A DNA stretch of 34,597 bases from a virus. Lineage: Duplodnaviria; Caudoviricetes. Every line of letters starts with the position of its first letter. Within the stretch, counting starts at the first letter, position 1. The stretch covers positions 1 through 34,597 of IMG/VR virus record IMGVR_UViG_3300008255_000292, one strand, 5' to 3'. Position numbers and translations under genes: made by a program. Under the pieces are notes generated by a model. It was not told the DNA's origin, searched no databases, and saw nothing but the letters and a program-made list of their open reading frames with translations. Positions 17,054-24,789 of the stretch are shown here, in pieces.

Positions 17054-19317
17054 TGGCATTCGCGTATGGTATCACGGAAAAGCGCACCTGGATCCGCGAC
17101 GCTGAGGGCCAGTTCGCGGCAACGGGTGGGGCTGCGTCGGGTGGCGGCATTAGTTCCGGCAACCAGACGGGTATGACGGATGCCGACCTGAAGGCGTACT
17201 ATCGTCCCGGCAAGGCGGGTGACGTGATTTACCCCGCCCAAGCCGTGTTCCATGTTGACGGCAAGATCACGCGCCCAGCGAAGGTCCTGCGCACCGACGG
17301 CAAGCAGACAGCGGATATCGAGGTCATCCACCGCTCCGGTGCCCGGACGCCGCAGACGGTCCCGTTCTCGTCGATCCTCGTGCCTCGCTCCTCCACTTCC
17401 TCCGCACGGACCTGGTACGTGACGACGGGTACGATGGGTGGGCCGCTGACGGCGAAAGCCCTCGATGAAAAGGTTATTTACGTTCGCGATGCTGAGGGTC
17501 AGTTTGCATCGACGGGCGGAGGTGGAGGAAGCAGTACGCCAATCCCGCCTGCCAAGCGCATGATGGGGCAGGACGTTGAGCGTGCCGATTCGGTCGTCGG
17601 CAAGGATGACATGCAGTACGACCTGTATCGCGTGCAAGGCGGTCAAGGTGGCATGGTTCGTGTGACCGATATTGACTCGGGGGAGCATACCGATATCCGT
17701 AAATACCCCGAGTTTGCGAGGGCACAGGCTGCATATAACGCAGCCATACAGGTGGCGACGAAGGCCAGGACCTACTTCCCTGACGCGCCGGGTACAGACT
17801 ACGCCCGCGACGCTGGCTTCGCCGTGCCCGAGCGCAAACCGCTGGACGTTGAGCTGTTCCTTGCTGCGCTCGAGGCCGAGGTCGAGAAACAGACTTACGT
17901 CCGCGATGCTGAAGGTCAGTTTGCGTCAACAGGTGGAGGCGGAGGCGGAGGTAGTGCAAAAGGCTTCACGGCCAGCGTAGGATCTACGGCGGCTGACAAC
18001 GCACTGGATCGCGAGGAAGCGCGGATGATGGCGTTGAAGAAGGAGCGGGTAGTCATCGTTAACCCGCGTACAGGGGGCGAGGTAGATCGTCGTGAGGGAA
18101 GCGCACACGTCGCTGGATACAATCGCAGCGACGTTAAAGACAATGTTATGCTCCACAACCATCCGAACGAAGGCTCCTTCTCTTCGCTAGATGTTTCTAA
18201 TGCTATTGGCGCGGGAGCGGCAGAAACGCGGATTGTCACTCCAAGCGGACGCGTAGAACGATTGACGTTTTCGCCGTCCGCTCGTCAAAGTCGTGCCCTC
18301 TCGGATTCGGCCTCGGCACAGAATCCCTCGAGCGGCGGCTTCCGTGGATGGGGGCAATGGGCAACGACGCAGGAGGGCGTTACTTATTCATCTGGGCAGC
18401 ATCGCGGCATAACCAAGACGCTGGAAAAGGCCCACGCACACGGCAACGACCGCTCGCCTGAGGTACACGCGGCGCAACAGCGTATTCATGATGCCCTTGC
18501 TCGGGGTGAGATCAAGAAACCAGACGGCTGCTCCCGGTGTGCCACAAAGGGGCCAGTCGAGGCTGCGCACAACAGTTACGGCGAGCGCCTCGACTTCAAG
18601 TGGCTGTGCCCGTCCTGCCACCATGAGGCGGACCACGCAAGCCCAAAGTCCACAAAGGTATACGACTACAGCCTGTACGGATATGCCGAGAAGCATCCAG
18701 GGCATCCCGATCAGAAGGTTCATGGTGGGGCAGGGCGCGGCTCGGCTTCTGCTGCCAACCCTATTTATGCGGCAGCGATAGCGAACGAACCCGCGATCAC
18801 GGCTGACATGAAAGGCTTCGCTTCCGCATCCGGCGGTAATTTGGTTGGGCTCGATAACGCGGTCAAAGGCCGAGGATCATTAGAGCGCAAAATCCACGAC
18901 GACTCCGTTTCCAAGCACATACCTTTGGCGGCCTCTAGCTCCCAAATAAGCGACGCCGTTCGCTACACGGCGGCATTCTCGCCCGGCAAGCTCGCGGCTG
19001 GTGCGAACAGGATGCGAACCGACATGAAAGAGAAGGGGTACACAGAGAAGAAGCTCAAAAACTTCTGGAAAACGCCGCCCTCTGACGGTTCCTATCACGG
19101 TATCAACTCGCAATGGATTCATCCTGGCACGGGCCAAAAGCTAGAGCTTCAGTTCCATACGCCGGAGTCGCTCAGAATAGAAAAACGCAATCATCCTCAC
19201 TATGAACGATTCCGCGCGGTGGGCGCATCGGCAAAGGTCAAGCGCGAAGCACGCGTGGCGATGAAAAAGAACTGGGTCGGGCACACGGTACCGGCTAACA
19301 TCGGATCGGTATCCTGA
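17050..19317 (+). CDS. head-associated multi-effector polyprotein 1 (two unknown modules, JAB/MPN, HNH-like, RelA/SpoT-like synthetase)
   Basis: 3x EKxxxxRDAEGQFAxTGG; JAB E...HNHP...S..D; CxxC..AH..Y....WLCxxCH; KG..SL.RK, D.VRY, Y.GIN, ELQFHT, H..YE..R. Confidence 0.8.
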   Translation: MMAFAYGITEKRTWIRDAEGQFAATGGAASGGGISSGNQTGMTDADLKAYYRPGKAGDVIYPAQAVFHVDGKITRPAKVLRTDGKQTADIEVIHRSGARTPQTVPFSSILVPRSSTSSARTWYVTTGTMGGPLTAKALDEKVIYVRDAEGQFASTGGGGGSSTPIPPAKRMMGQDVERADSVVGKDDMQYDLYRVQGGQGGMVRVTDIDSGEHTDIRKYPEFARAQAAYNAAIQVATKARTYFPDAPGTDYARDAGFAVPERKPLDVELFLAALEAEVEKQTYVRDAEGQFASTGGGGGGGSAKGFTASVGSTAADNALDREEARMMALKKERVVIVNPRTGGEVDRREGSAHVAGYNRSDVKDNVMLHNHPNEGSFSSLDVSNAIGAGAAETRIVTPSGRVERLTFSPSARQSRALSDSASAQNPSSGGFRGWGQWATTQEGVTYSSGQHRGITKTLEKAHAHGNDRSPEVHAAQQRIHDALARGEIKKPDGCSRCATKGPVEAAHNSYGERLDFKWLCPSCHHEADHASPKSTKVYDYSLYGYAEKHPGHPDQKVHGGAGRGSASAANPIYAAAIANEPAITADMKGFASASGGNLVGLDNAVKGRGSLERKIHDDSVSKHIPLAASSSQISDAVRYTAAFSPGKLAAGANRMRTDMKEKGYTEKKLKNFWKTPPSDGSYHGINSQWIHPGTGQKLELQFHTPESLRIEKRNHPHYERFRAVGASAKVKREARVAMKKNWVGHTVPANIGSVS

Positions 19318-19321
19318 TGAA

Positions 19322-19369
19322 TGACTTGACGGTTAGCCCTACACGAGGTTACGATGAGCGTGAAGGAGG
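19322..19369 (+). promoter_or_regulatory. TGACTTGAC promoter + RBS, copy 9
   Basis: TTGACG(19326)-N18-TACGAT(19350); GAAGGAGG at 19362. Confidence 0.75.
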
Positions 19370-19375
19370 TGTGTC

Positions 19376-19633
19376 ATGACAGTGACCACCGGGGCCGACG
19401 GCCTACTCACGGGTACATCCTACTGGGTCATGAAGGACTGGGATGGCAACGTTACTCTCGTTGCCAAGATGGACGAGGACGCCGGTGACATCTCGTACTG
19501 GGATCGCGTCTACAAGAAATGGATCGTGGACAACAACATGATTCGGTACCTTGCCACCGGCGAATTCGACGATCAAGTTGACAAGGCCACGGCTGACGCC
19601 ATTATCGCCACGCTGTCTGATACCGAGGGATAA
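19376..19633 (+). CDS. putative immunity protein for the upstream alarmone-synthetase-like domain
   Basis: 85 aa, acidic and aromatic-rich; directly after the C-terminal toxin-like domain; has its own promoter. Confidence 0.6.
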   Translation: MTVTTGADGLLTGTSYWVMKDWDGNVTLVAKMDEDAGDISYWDRVYKKWIVDNNMIRYLATGEFDDQVDKATADAIIATLSDTEG

Positions 19634-19636
19634 CTC

Positions 19637-21706
19637 ATGCCAGCAGTTGCGGATCGACTCGAGGTGCTCACGGCCCGCGCTGGTAAGAAGGCCAAAGCTC
19701 TTGGTACTCCCCTTCGCCTCGAAGCCCTGACTGACGAGGCCCATCCCTACTGGGAATGGTATCGGCGACACCTTGCCGAAACAGCCCGGCCTCTGTTCGT
19801 GACCCTGTTCCTTGCGGGTGCGCGGGCGGGCGTTGACATGCCGATGGTCAAGGCGAAGATTCGCGAGAAGCACCTCGCCGGTCAGCATGATCAACAGCGT
19901 CACGGTCACGGCGGTCCAGACCTTTCCGCAGCCGACCGCGAGGGTGCAGATGACATCAAAGGCTATCTGACCACTGTCTCGGGAATTGCCACCGCTCCCG
20001 CTGGGTACGTCCATTCCTCGGCGCTCATCCTCGAGCACGGCAAGGCATACCCAACCGACGCCGACACGTACGCGGGCAAACGGGGCACACCCAAGCAGTG
20101 CTACGCGAACGCCGGACGGATGGCAACGCGCGACTCCTCCCTGACTTACGTCGAGGGCTACACGACCGTTCACGGCGTTCCCATCGAGCACGCGTGGGTG
20201 GTGAACAAGAAGGGCACGGTCATCGACCCAACGCTCAAGAACGGCGACAACATCAGGGGATACTTCGGCGTCCCGTTCACGACCGAGTACCTGAACAAGA
20301 CGATCGCGCGCAAGGGCACCTGGGGCCTGATTGACGGGATGACGAATCGCGACCTCTTCAAGAAGGACCTGCCGAACGGGGTTGTTCACAAGGCGCTTGA
20401 GGAGAAACACCTGCCTGGTAAGCATGACCAGCATACTCATGGGCGCAAGTCAATCAATTGGGACCAAAACCCTCTGTCGTTTGCCGCCTACCGTGACGCG
20501 CCTAACCTGAGTGCTCAGATGACGGACGTTGCTGGAGCAAACGCCATACGGAAGCAGTTTGCCAAACAAGGACGCCTCAACCCGGACGGGCGTACGGTGT
20601 CCGTGTACCACGTGACTGACAGCGACAACGTTGAATCAATCACATCTCATGGGCTCATTCCTAGCGCAAAAGTGGCACCCGGACAGCCGTTCGCGGCTCG
20701 GCACTCGAGCTACGCTACGTACTTCCACGGCAGCGAAGAGGGCGCGCTTGCGGACCTTGAGCGCGCGAATGAGGATATGCCGGGTGCGTTTGCCCTTATC
20801 AAGGCGAATATTCCGATTACGCCGAAGGCCCTGTTGCGGATCATCCCCGACGAGGACCTCGGCATGAAGATAACTGAGGGTCTGTCAGCGTTGCTCGAGG
20901 GGGATGCCGTTGCCATCATCGGCGGTGTCCCGGCGGCAAGCGTGTCTCGTTACATACCCAAGGGAAAGACACTCGAGGAAAAGCATCTACCTGGTAAGCA
21001 CGATCAACAGTCGCATGGTCGCGGGGGTGGCGGGCGTTCGTTCACTCCAGGGCTCCAAGACCGTACGCTGGAGATACAGGAGGCGATTGTGCCCGAGTTC
21101 AAGCCGTGGGCTGATTCCCTGAATCGCGACGAGCAGAATATGGTCATCGGGTACACGGAGGCTTCCTCTCCATTGAATGAATACCTACGCAACGGTAAGG
21201 AGCCCTCAGCAGCCGACGCGAAGGAGATCCTGGATTACGGCTACACCGGGCACCTTCCCACGGACGCAGCGAACCTCGACTCAGCCCTGCGCAAGGCGTC
21301 CATGCCCGAAACCACAATCACGTATCGGGGCATACGCGCCGGGCGCGACTATAGCGAAGGTGACACGTTCGTCGACAAGGGCTTTGCGTCTACGTCGCTG
21401 AACCTCCACGTTGCATCGATCTTCGCCGACCAGAAATCGGTCGTTCACAACGAAGAGATCACAACGGCGTTTATGGTTGCACGGGTCAAGGTTCCGAAGG
21501 GAGCACACGCGGCAGCAGTCAATTCTGTCTACGGCGTACGACGGAACGAGGCCGAGATTTTGCTCTCTCGCAACAGCCGCTACCGGGTGACGAAGATCCA
21601 CCCACCGGAAACCATCACGATCAAACGCCCTGCGTCTGATGCGCGGTTCAACCTTCCCGACGTGGTATTGAATGTCCTCCACGTTGATATGGACCTCCTG
21701 CCATGA
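19637..21706 (+). CDS. head-associated multi-effector polyprotein 2 (papain/transglutaminase-like protease, two ADP-ribosyltransferase domains)
   Basis: 3x EKHL.G.HDQ..HG; CYANA...HAW...IDPT triad; YHVT...N..SI...GL; YRG...F.STS...EAE (R-S-E, VIP2/Alt-like). Confidence 0.82.
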   Translation: MPAVADRLEVLTARAGKKAKALGTPLRLEALTDEAHPYWEWYRRHLAETARPLFVTLFLAGARAGVDMPMVKAKIREKHLAGQHDQQRHGHGGPDLSAADREGADDIKGYLTTVSGIATAPAGYVHSSALILEHGKAYPTDADTYAGKRGTPKQCYANAGRMATRDSSLTYVEGYTTVHGVPIEHAWVVNKKGTVIDPTLKNGDNIRGYFGVPFTTEYLNKTIARKGTWGLIDGMTNRDLFKKDLPNGVVHKALEEKHLPGKHDQHTHGRKSINWDQNPLSFAAYRDAPNLSAQMTDVAGANAIRKQFAKQGRLNPDGRTVSVYHVTDSDNVESITSHGLIPSAKVAPGQPFAARHSSYATYFHGSEEGALADLERANEDMPGAFALIKANIPITPKALLRIIPDEDLGMKITEGLSALLEGDAVAIIGGVPAASVSRYIPKGKTLEEKHLPGKHDQQSHGRGGGGRSFTPGLQDRTLEIQEAIVPEFKPWADSLNRDEQNMVIGYTEASSPLNEYLRNGKEPSAADAKEILDYGYTGHLPTDAANLDSALRKASMPETTITYRGIRAGRDYSEGDTFVDKGFASTSLNLHVASIFADQKSVVHNEEITTAFMVARVKVPKGAHAAAVNSVYGVRRNEAEILLSRNSRYRVTKIHPPETITIKRPASDARFNLPDVVLNVLHVDMDLLP

Positions 21707-23292
21707 CGACGTCCGACTTGCGCCGTGACCACTTCGCCTGGGCACCGGATGACATCGAGTTCAAGGTCGAGAAGGCCGAGAGCCCCATCAGCGGTGAGGA
21801 CCTGACAACGGCAGCCCGCCAAGCCATCGACGGTTTCATGCCGACGTGGGTTGACGCCATTGGGAAGACGACTTACGAAGAAGTGAAGCGGATCGTCGCA
21901 GACGCGCGCCTGACCGGAGCAACGATTGACCAAACCTGGGCCAAGATGGGACGGCTGTTCAGCCCGGATCGGGCGAAGTTGATCGCGGTGACCGAGTGCC
22001 TACCGCCGGAAACGCTTGTTGACAGAGCTGTGATACGGGCAGCTTTTCGACGGCGGTACGAGGGTCCAATGGTCGAGGTCGTCACCAAGGGCGGTCGCAG
22101 GTTCTCCGCAACCCCTAATCACCCGATGCTGACAAGGCGCGGTTGGGTTGCTGCGGGCGAGGTTGAGGAAGGTGATGATGTCGTCTGTGATGCTCGGCAA
22201 CAGCGTTCGGGTGGAACGAGCGACCCAGATGTACAAGCACCACCAACCGCGATTGCTGAGGTATTCGATTCGATCGCGGCAGTAGGTCTCGCCGAACGGG
22301 TGCGTAGCACTAACCCAGATTTCCACGGCGACGGGTGCAACAGCCAGGTCGATGTTCTTTCGCCCAGCAGGCCATTGCTTATCGGGGACTTCGCCCCGCT
22401 CTACAAGCCAACCGTAGACCTGTTCCTCGCCCCATCCGATGTGGTTCGGGCGGCTGTTTGCGATCGCTGCGGCATGCTTCTCAGTATCACGAAGCAGGAG
22501 TGCTTCTGCGGGAGTACGTGGAGTGATCCCACAGGACAGCAACCGGCTGTCGACCAGTGCGCGGCTAACGTTCAGAGAGTCCGAGATGAAGGTGACGGCT
22601 TCACCAGCATTGTACCGACGGAGGATTTCATCCGTGCTGATGTCGTGTCTGAACCGGGGCTCGCGCTCGCCTGTTACGAGAAGACGAGCAGCACTCCCAC
22701 TTCGGATGACACCCTCACGCCGAAGTGTGTCGGCAACCCAGTCAAGTCCAAATCCGGTTTCGGCGGCGACCTGGGGAGCGCTCATGCCGCTTTGGTAGAG
22801 AGCGGTTATGCGAGCAATATCGGCGTTGCGTCGAGGGTGCAGCAGTTGTGCGGTCTCGCTCTTGCTTCTGAGTGCAACCTTGTTGCACCGCAAGGTGTAT
22901 ATGACCCAACTCTCGCAGGCACCCAGATGAGCAGCGATTCGCTTGGCTGTCCACCCGCCCAGGTAGAGCTTGACAGCGTTATCTCGGTCAGCCTGCGAAC
23001 GTACTCGGGGCATGTTTACAACCTCTCGACACCTTATGGTTACTTCACCATAGCCGGGGGCATCTTTACGGGCAACACCACACGGCTCTTCGGGATGGGC
23101 GCGCAAGCCGTCTACGAGAAGATGGAGATCGAGGAGTGGTCCTGGCAGACGGTCAAAGACCCGTGGGTGTGTACCACCTGCGAGGGCCGCAACGGGCGCA
23201 AGTATCCGATGGAGCATCAATTCGAGCCCGCCCACCCCCGCTGTAGATGCTTTGCACGCCCTGTTGCCATCCCCGACGGAGAATCAGTATGA
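21703..23292 (+). CDS. MuF/SPP1 gp7-like head morphogenesis protein, intein-interrupted (about 169 aa after splicing)
   Basis: RAKLIAVTE|TTR...W.W.TVKD..VC..C...NG..Y......PAHPRCRC signature. Confidence 0.88.
   Translation: MTTSDLRRDHFAWAPDDIEFKVEKAESPISGEDLTTAARQAIDGFMPTWVDAIGKTTYEEVKRIVADARLTGATIDQTWAKMGRLFSPDRAKLIAVTECLPPETLVDRAVIRAAFRRRYEGPMVEVVTKGGRRFSATPNHPMLTRRGWVAAGEVEEGDDVVCDARQQRSGGTSDPDVQAPPTAIAEVFDSIAAVGLAERVRSTNPDFHGDGCNSQVDVLSPSRPLLIGDFAPLYKPTVDLFLAPSDVVRAAVCDRCGMLLSITKQECFCGSTWSDPTGQQPAVDQCAANVQRVRDEGDGFTSIVPTEDFIRADVVSEPGLALACYEKTSSTPTSDDTLTPKCVGNPVKSKSGFGGDLGSAHAALVESGYASNIGVASRVQQLCGLALASECNLVAPQGVYDPTLAGTQMSSDSLGCPPAQVELDSVISVSLRTYSGHVYNLSTPYGYFTIAGGIFTGNTTRLFGMGAQAVYEKMEIEEWSWQTVKDPWVCTTCEGRNGRKYPMEHQFEPAHPRCRCFARPVAIPDGESV
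22000..23013 (-). CDS. antisense-encoded endonuclease: three HTH repeats + Vsr/DUF559-like nuclease (337 aa)
   Basis: ATG 23013 with GAGAGG RBS; three LY..G.....IA...G-type HTH repeats; E...L...G....Q...G...IDLA...VAVEI....H...R..YL...GW..L.IW. Confidence 0.8.
   Translation of the reverse strand: MPRVRSQADRDNAVKLYLGGWTAKRIAAHLGACESWVIYTLRCNKVALRSKSETAQLLHPRRNADIARITALYQSGMSAPQVAAETGFGLDWVADTLRREGVIRSGSAARLLVTGEREPRFRHDISTDEILRRYNAGEAVTFISDSLNVSRALVDSRLLSCGITPRTPAEALLLRDTEKHAAAIANSRPNHIGWGEEQVYGWLVERGEVPDKQWPAGRKNIDLAVAPVAVEIWVSATHPFGETYCRDRIEYLSNRGWWCLYIWVARSTRTLLPSITDDIITFLNLARSNPTAPCQHRVIRGCGEPATALGDDLDHWTLVPPSKSCPYHSSVNKRFRR
23047..23075 (-). promoter_or_regulatory. antisense promoter inside the intein C-terminal splicing block
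   Basis: Minus strand TTGCCC(23075-23070)-N17-TATGGT(23052-23047), 33 nt above ATG 23013. Confidence 0.55.
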
Positions 23293-23492
23293 CAGCACCT
23301 GCTCAGTCGATCGTCTGCCCCCGGTGTACGCGCGCCGTCCTTCGCGATCACGACGAGTTCTTTTGTCTCGTCCACGGGACGGTCAGCGTTCCGCATCGTG
23401 CGTGGGACGTTGCCGCCGGGACGAACCGAACTCAGATGGCGTCTCCCGTCTGGCTTCCGCACGAGCGCAAGGCGTGGGAACAGGACGTTTGA
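23289..23492 (+). CDS. small zinc-ribbon protein
   Basis: ATGA overlap; CPRC...C.VHG. Confidence 0.65.
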   Translation: MTAPAQSIVCPRCTRAVLRDHDEFFCLVHGTVSVPHRAWDVAAGTNRTQMASPVWLPHERKAWEQDV

Positions 23493-23537
23493 CTTGACGG
23501 TTACTTACCGTTGCCGTATTGTCAACGGTGAAGGAGG
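23490..23537 (+). promoter_or_regulatory. TGACTTGAC promoter + RBS, copy 10
   Basis: TTGACG(23494)-N17-TATTGT(23517); GAAGGAGG at 23530. Confidence 0.8.
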
Positions 23538-23546
23538 ATCCAAGAT

Positions 23547-23747
23547 ATGGATCCGAAATACCCGGAGATCAAGGTCAAGTTGAGCAACACGGACGGTAAC
23601 GCGTTCAGCATCATGGGCAAGGTCAGCGTGGCTCTGCACGCGGCAGGTGTGCCCAAGGAAGAGCGGGACACGTTCTTTGCTGAGGCCACGAAAGGCGATT
23701 ACGACAACGTGCTGTCCACCGCAATGCGCTGGGTTGATGTGTTTTGA
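23547..23747 (+). CDS. conserved small phage protein (DGNAF.I.G...GDYD motif)
   Basis: L...DGNAFSIMGKV..AL..AG.......F..EA..GDYD..L. Confidence 0.8.
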   Translation: MDPKYPEIKVKLSNTDGNAFSIMGKVSVALHAAGVPKEERDTFFAEATKGDYDNVLSTAMRWVDVF

Positions 23748-23989
23748 AAGCTGTTGCTGCTGACAGTCCCATCCTCGCCGACACACCGCACGCCCGGTTG
23801 CTCGTCGAGTACCTCAAGACGGGCGGCTTCATGGAGTGGCAGACAGAGCACATCATTGAGGCCATCATCGTCCTGCGGAAATCAACGAACCAAGAGCAAC
23901 GGCTCGAGGCGATGTACAAGATCGTTCGGGCGGCTAACGATCTGGCCAAGGTGTACACTACGGCCATCACGCGACTCGAGGCGAGCTGA
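23744..23989 (+). CDS. hypothetical helical protein
   Basis: Coupled at both ends. Confidence 0.6.
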   Translation: MKAVAADSPILADTPHARLLVEYLKTGGFMEWQTEHIIEAIIVLRKSTNQEQRLEAMYKIVRAANDLAKVYTTAITRLEAS

Positions 23990-24384
23990 TGGCTCCCCGA
24001 CTGACTGCCATCGTACCGCGCACGTCGCCGCTCCCCCGCAATCCGCAGAAGGGCATCGACAAGTCGCTCGCCGTGTTCGCGGCCAAAGCGCAGGAGCTCC
24101 TTCAGGAGTACCCCGCGTGGCGTCCGTGGAAGTACCCGCCCAAGACTGGCCCTCATGCGGGCGGACGGCGCACGGGCGACTACGGGCGTGGCTGGGGGCC
24201 GTCGGCTTCTGTCACCAAGACGTCATCCTCGATCACGATCACAAACAAGGTCAGGTACGCCGAGTACGTCGGCGGCAAAGGCCAGGCCCGCGCGCTCGGG
24301 GCTCGAGGGTGGACAACAATCACTGAAGCGGGCAAGAAGGCAGCGGCGGCTGTCAAAAACGCCAACATCAAGTGGGCTGACTGA
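23989..24384 (+). CDS. HK97 gp10-like neck/tail-completion protein
   Basis: Basic; RRTG.YGRGW...ITITNKVRYAEYV motif. Confidence 0.65.
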   Translation: MAPRLTAIVPRTSPLPRNPQKGIDKSLAVFAAKAQELLQEYPAWRPWKYPPKTGPHAGGRRTGDYGRGWGPSASVTKTSSSITITNKVRYAEYVGGKGQARALGARGWTTITEAGKKAAAAVKNANIKWAD

Positions 24385-24428
24385 CTTGACAGTTAGCGCG
24401 GGATCGTTTACGATGGATTCGAAGGAGG
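24382..24428 (+). promoter_or_regulatory. TGACTTGAC promoter + RBS, copy 11
   Basis: TTGACA(24386)-N17-TACGAT(24409); GAAGGAGG at 24421. Confidence 0.8.
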
Positions 24429-24436
24429 TCAGTTAC

Positions 24437-24616
24437 ATGGCCAAGGATCGGATCGTAGACAAGAAGCGTTGTCCAACCTGCGGGGCTTGGATCGAATTGC
24501 CATTCTCCCGGCAGCGAGCATTCTTCGAGAAGCACATCAAGACGGAACACCCGGAGGCGTGGGCACGCCAGCAGGTAACGCGGAACGAGTTGCTAGGCGC
24601 GGAGGTGTATGCGTGA
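24437..24616 (+). CDS. small C2H2-type Zn-finger protein
   Basis: CPTCG...HIKTEH. Confidence 0.7.
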   Translation: MAKDRIVDKKRCPTCGAWIELPFSRQRAFFEKHIKTEHPEAWARQQVTRNELLGAEVYA

Positions 24617-24789
24617 GCGACCGACTGCCTTGCGGTATCTGCGGTTTCAACAAACTCGGCTTCTGGTGCATGGGCTGTAGCCGCTGGTCCTGCTGGGGCT
24701 GCCGTCGCGGTACGTCTCGGTGGGAACCTACCCGACACTGGTGCTTCGATTGTGCGACGCACGCCGACAACCCGAGGTTGACAGCGTGA
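24613..24789 (+). CDS. small Cys-rich protein
   Basis: GGAGG RBS; four CxxC pairs. Confidence 0.65.
   Translation: MSDRLPCGICGFNKLGFWCMGCSRWSCWGCRRGTSRWEPTRHWCFDCATHADNPRLTA

Larger units (their letters stand above)
21997..23076 (+). mobile_element. intein (360 aa) in MuF whose central region has no sense-strand endonuclease motifs
   Basis: Begins CLPPETLV; block B ATPNHPMLTRRGW; block F/G YSGHVYNLST..GYF.....FTGN followed by Thr. Confidence 0.85.

Noticed and set aside
19403-20440. 345-aa minus-strand ORF (also 3430-4197, 15680-16501, 28070-28999, 29162-29869)
   Set aside because: Antisense shadows of GC-rich + strand genes with no recognisable domains or RBS, unlike 22000-23013
17050-21706. 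Diversity-generating retroelement or tandem-repeat explanation for the repeated motifs
   Set aside because: No reverse transcriptase in the window, and the copies differ mainly at synonymous positions, indicating protein-level conservation
23014-23235. N-terminal 74 codons of the 411-aa minus ORF in the ORF track
   Set aside because: Mostly antisense to the MuF C-extein with no motif; RBS and promoter point to ATG 23013
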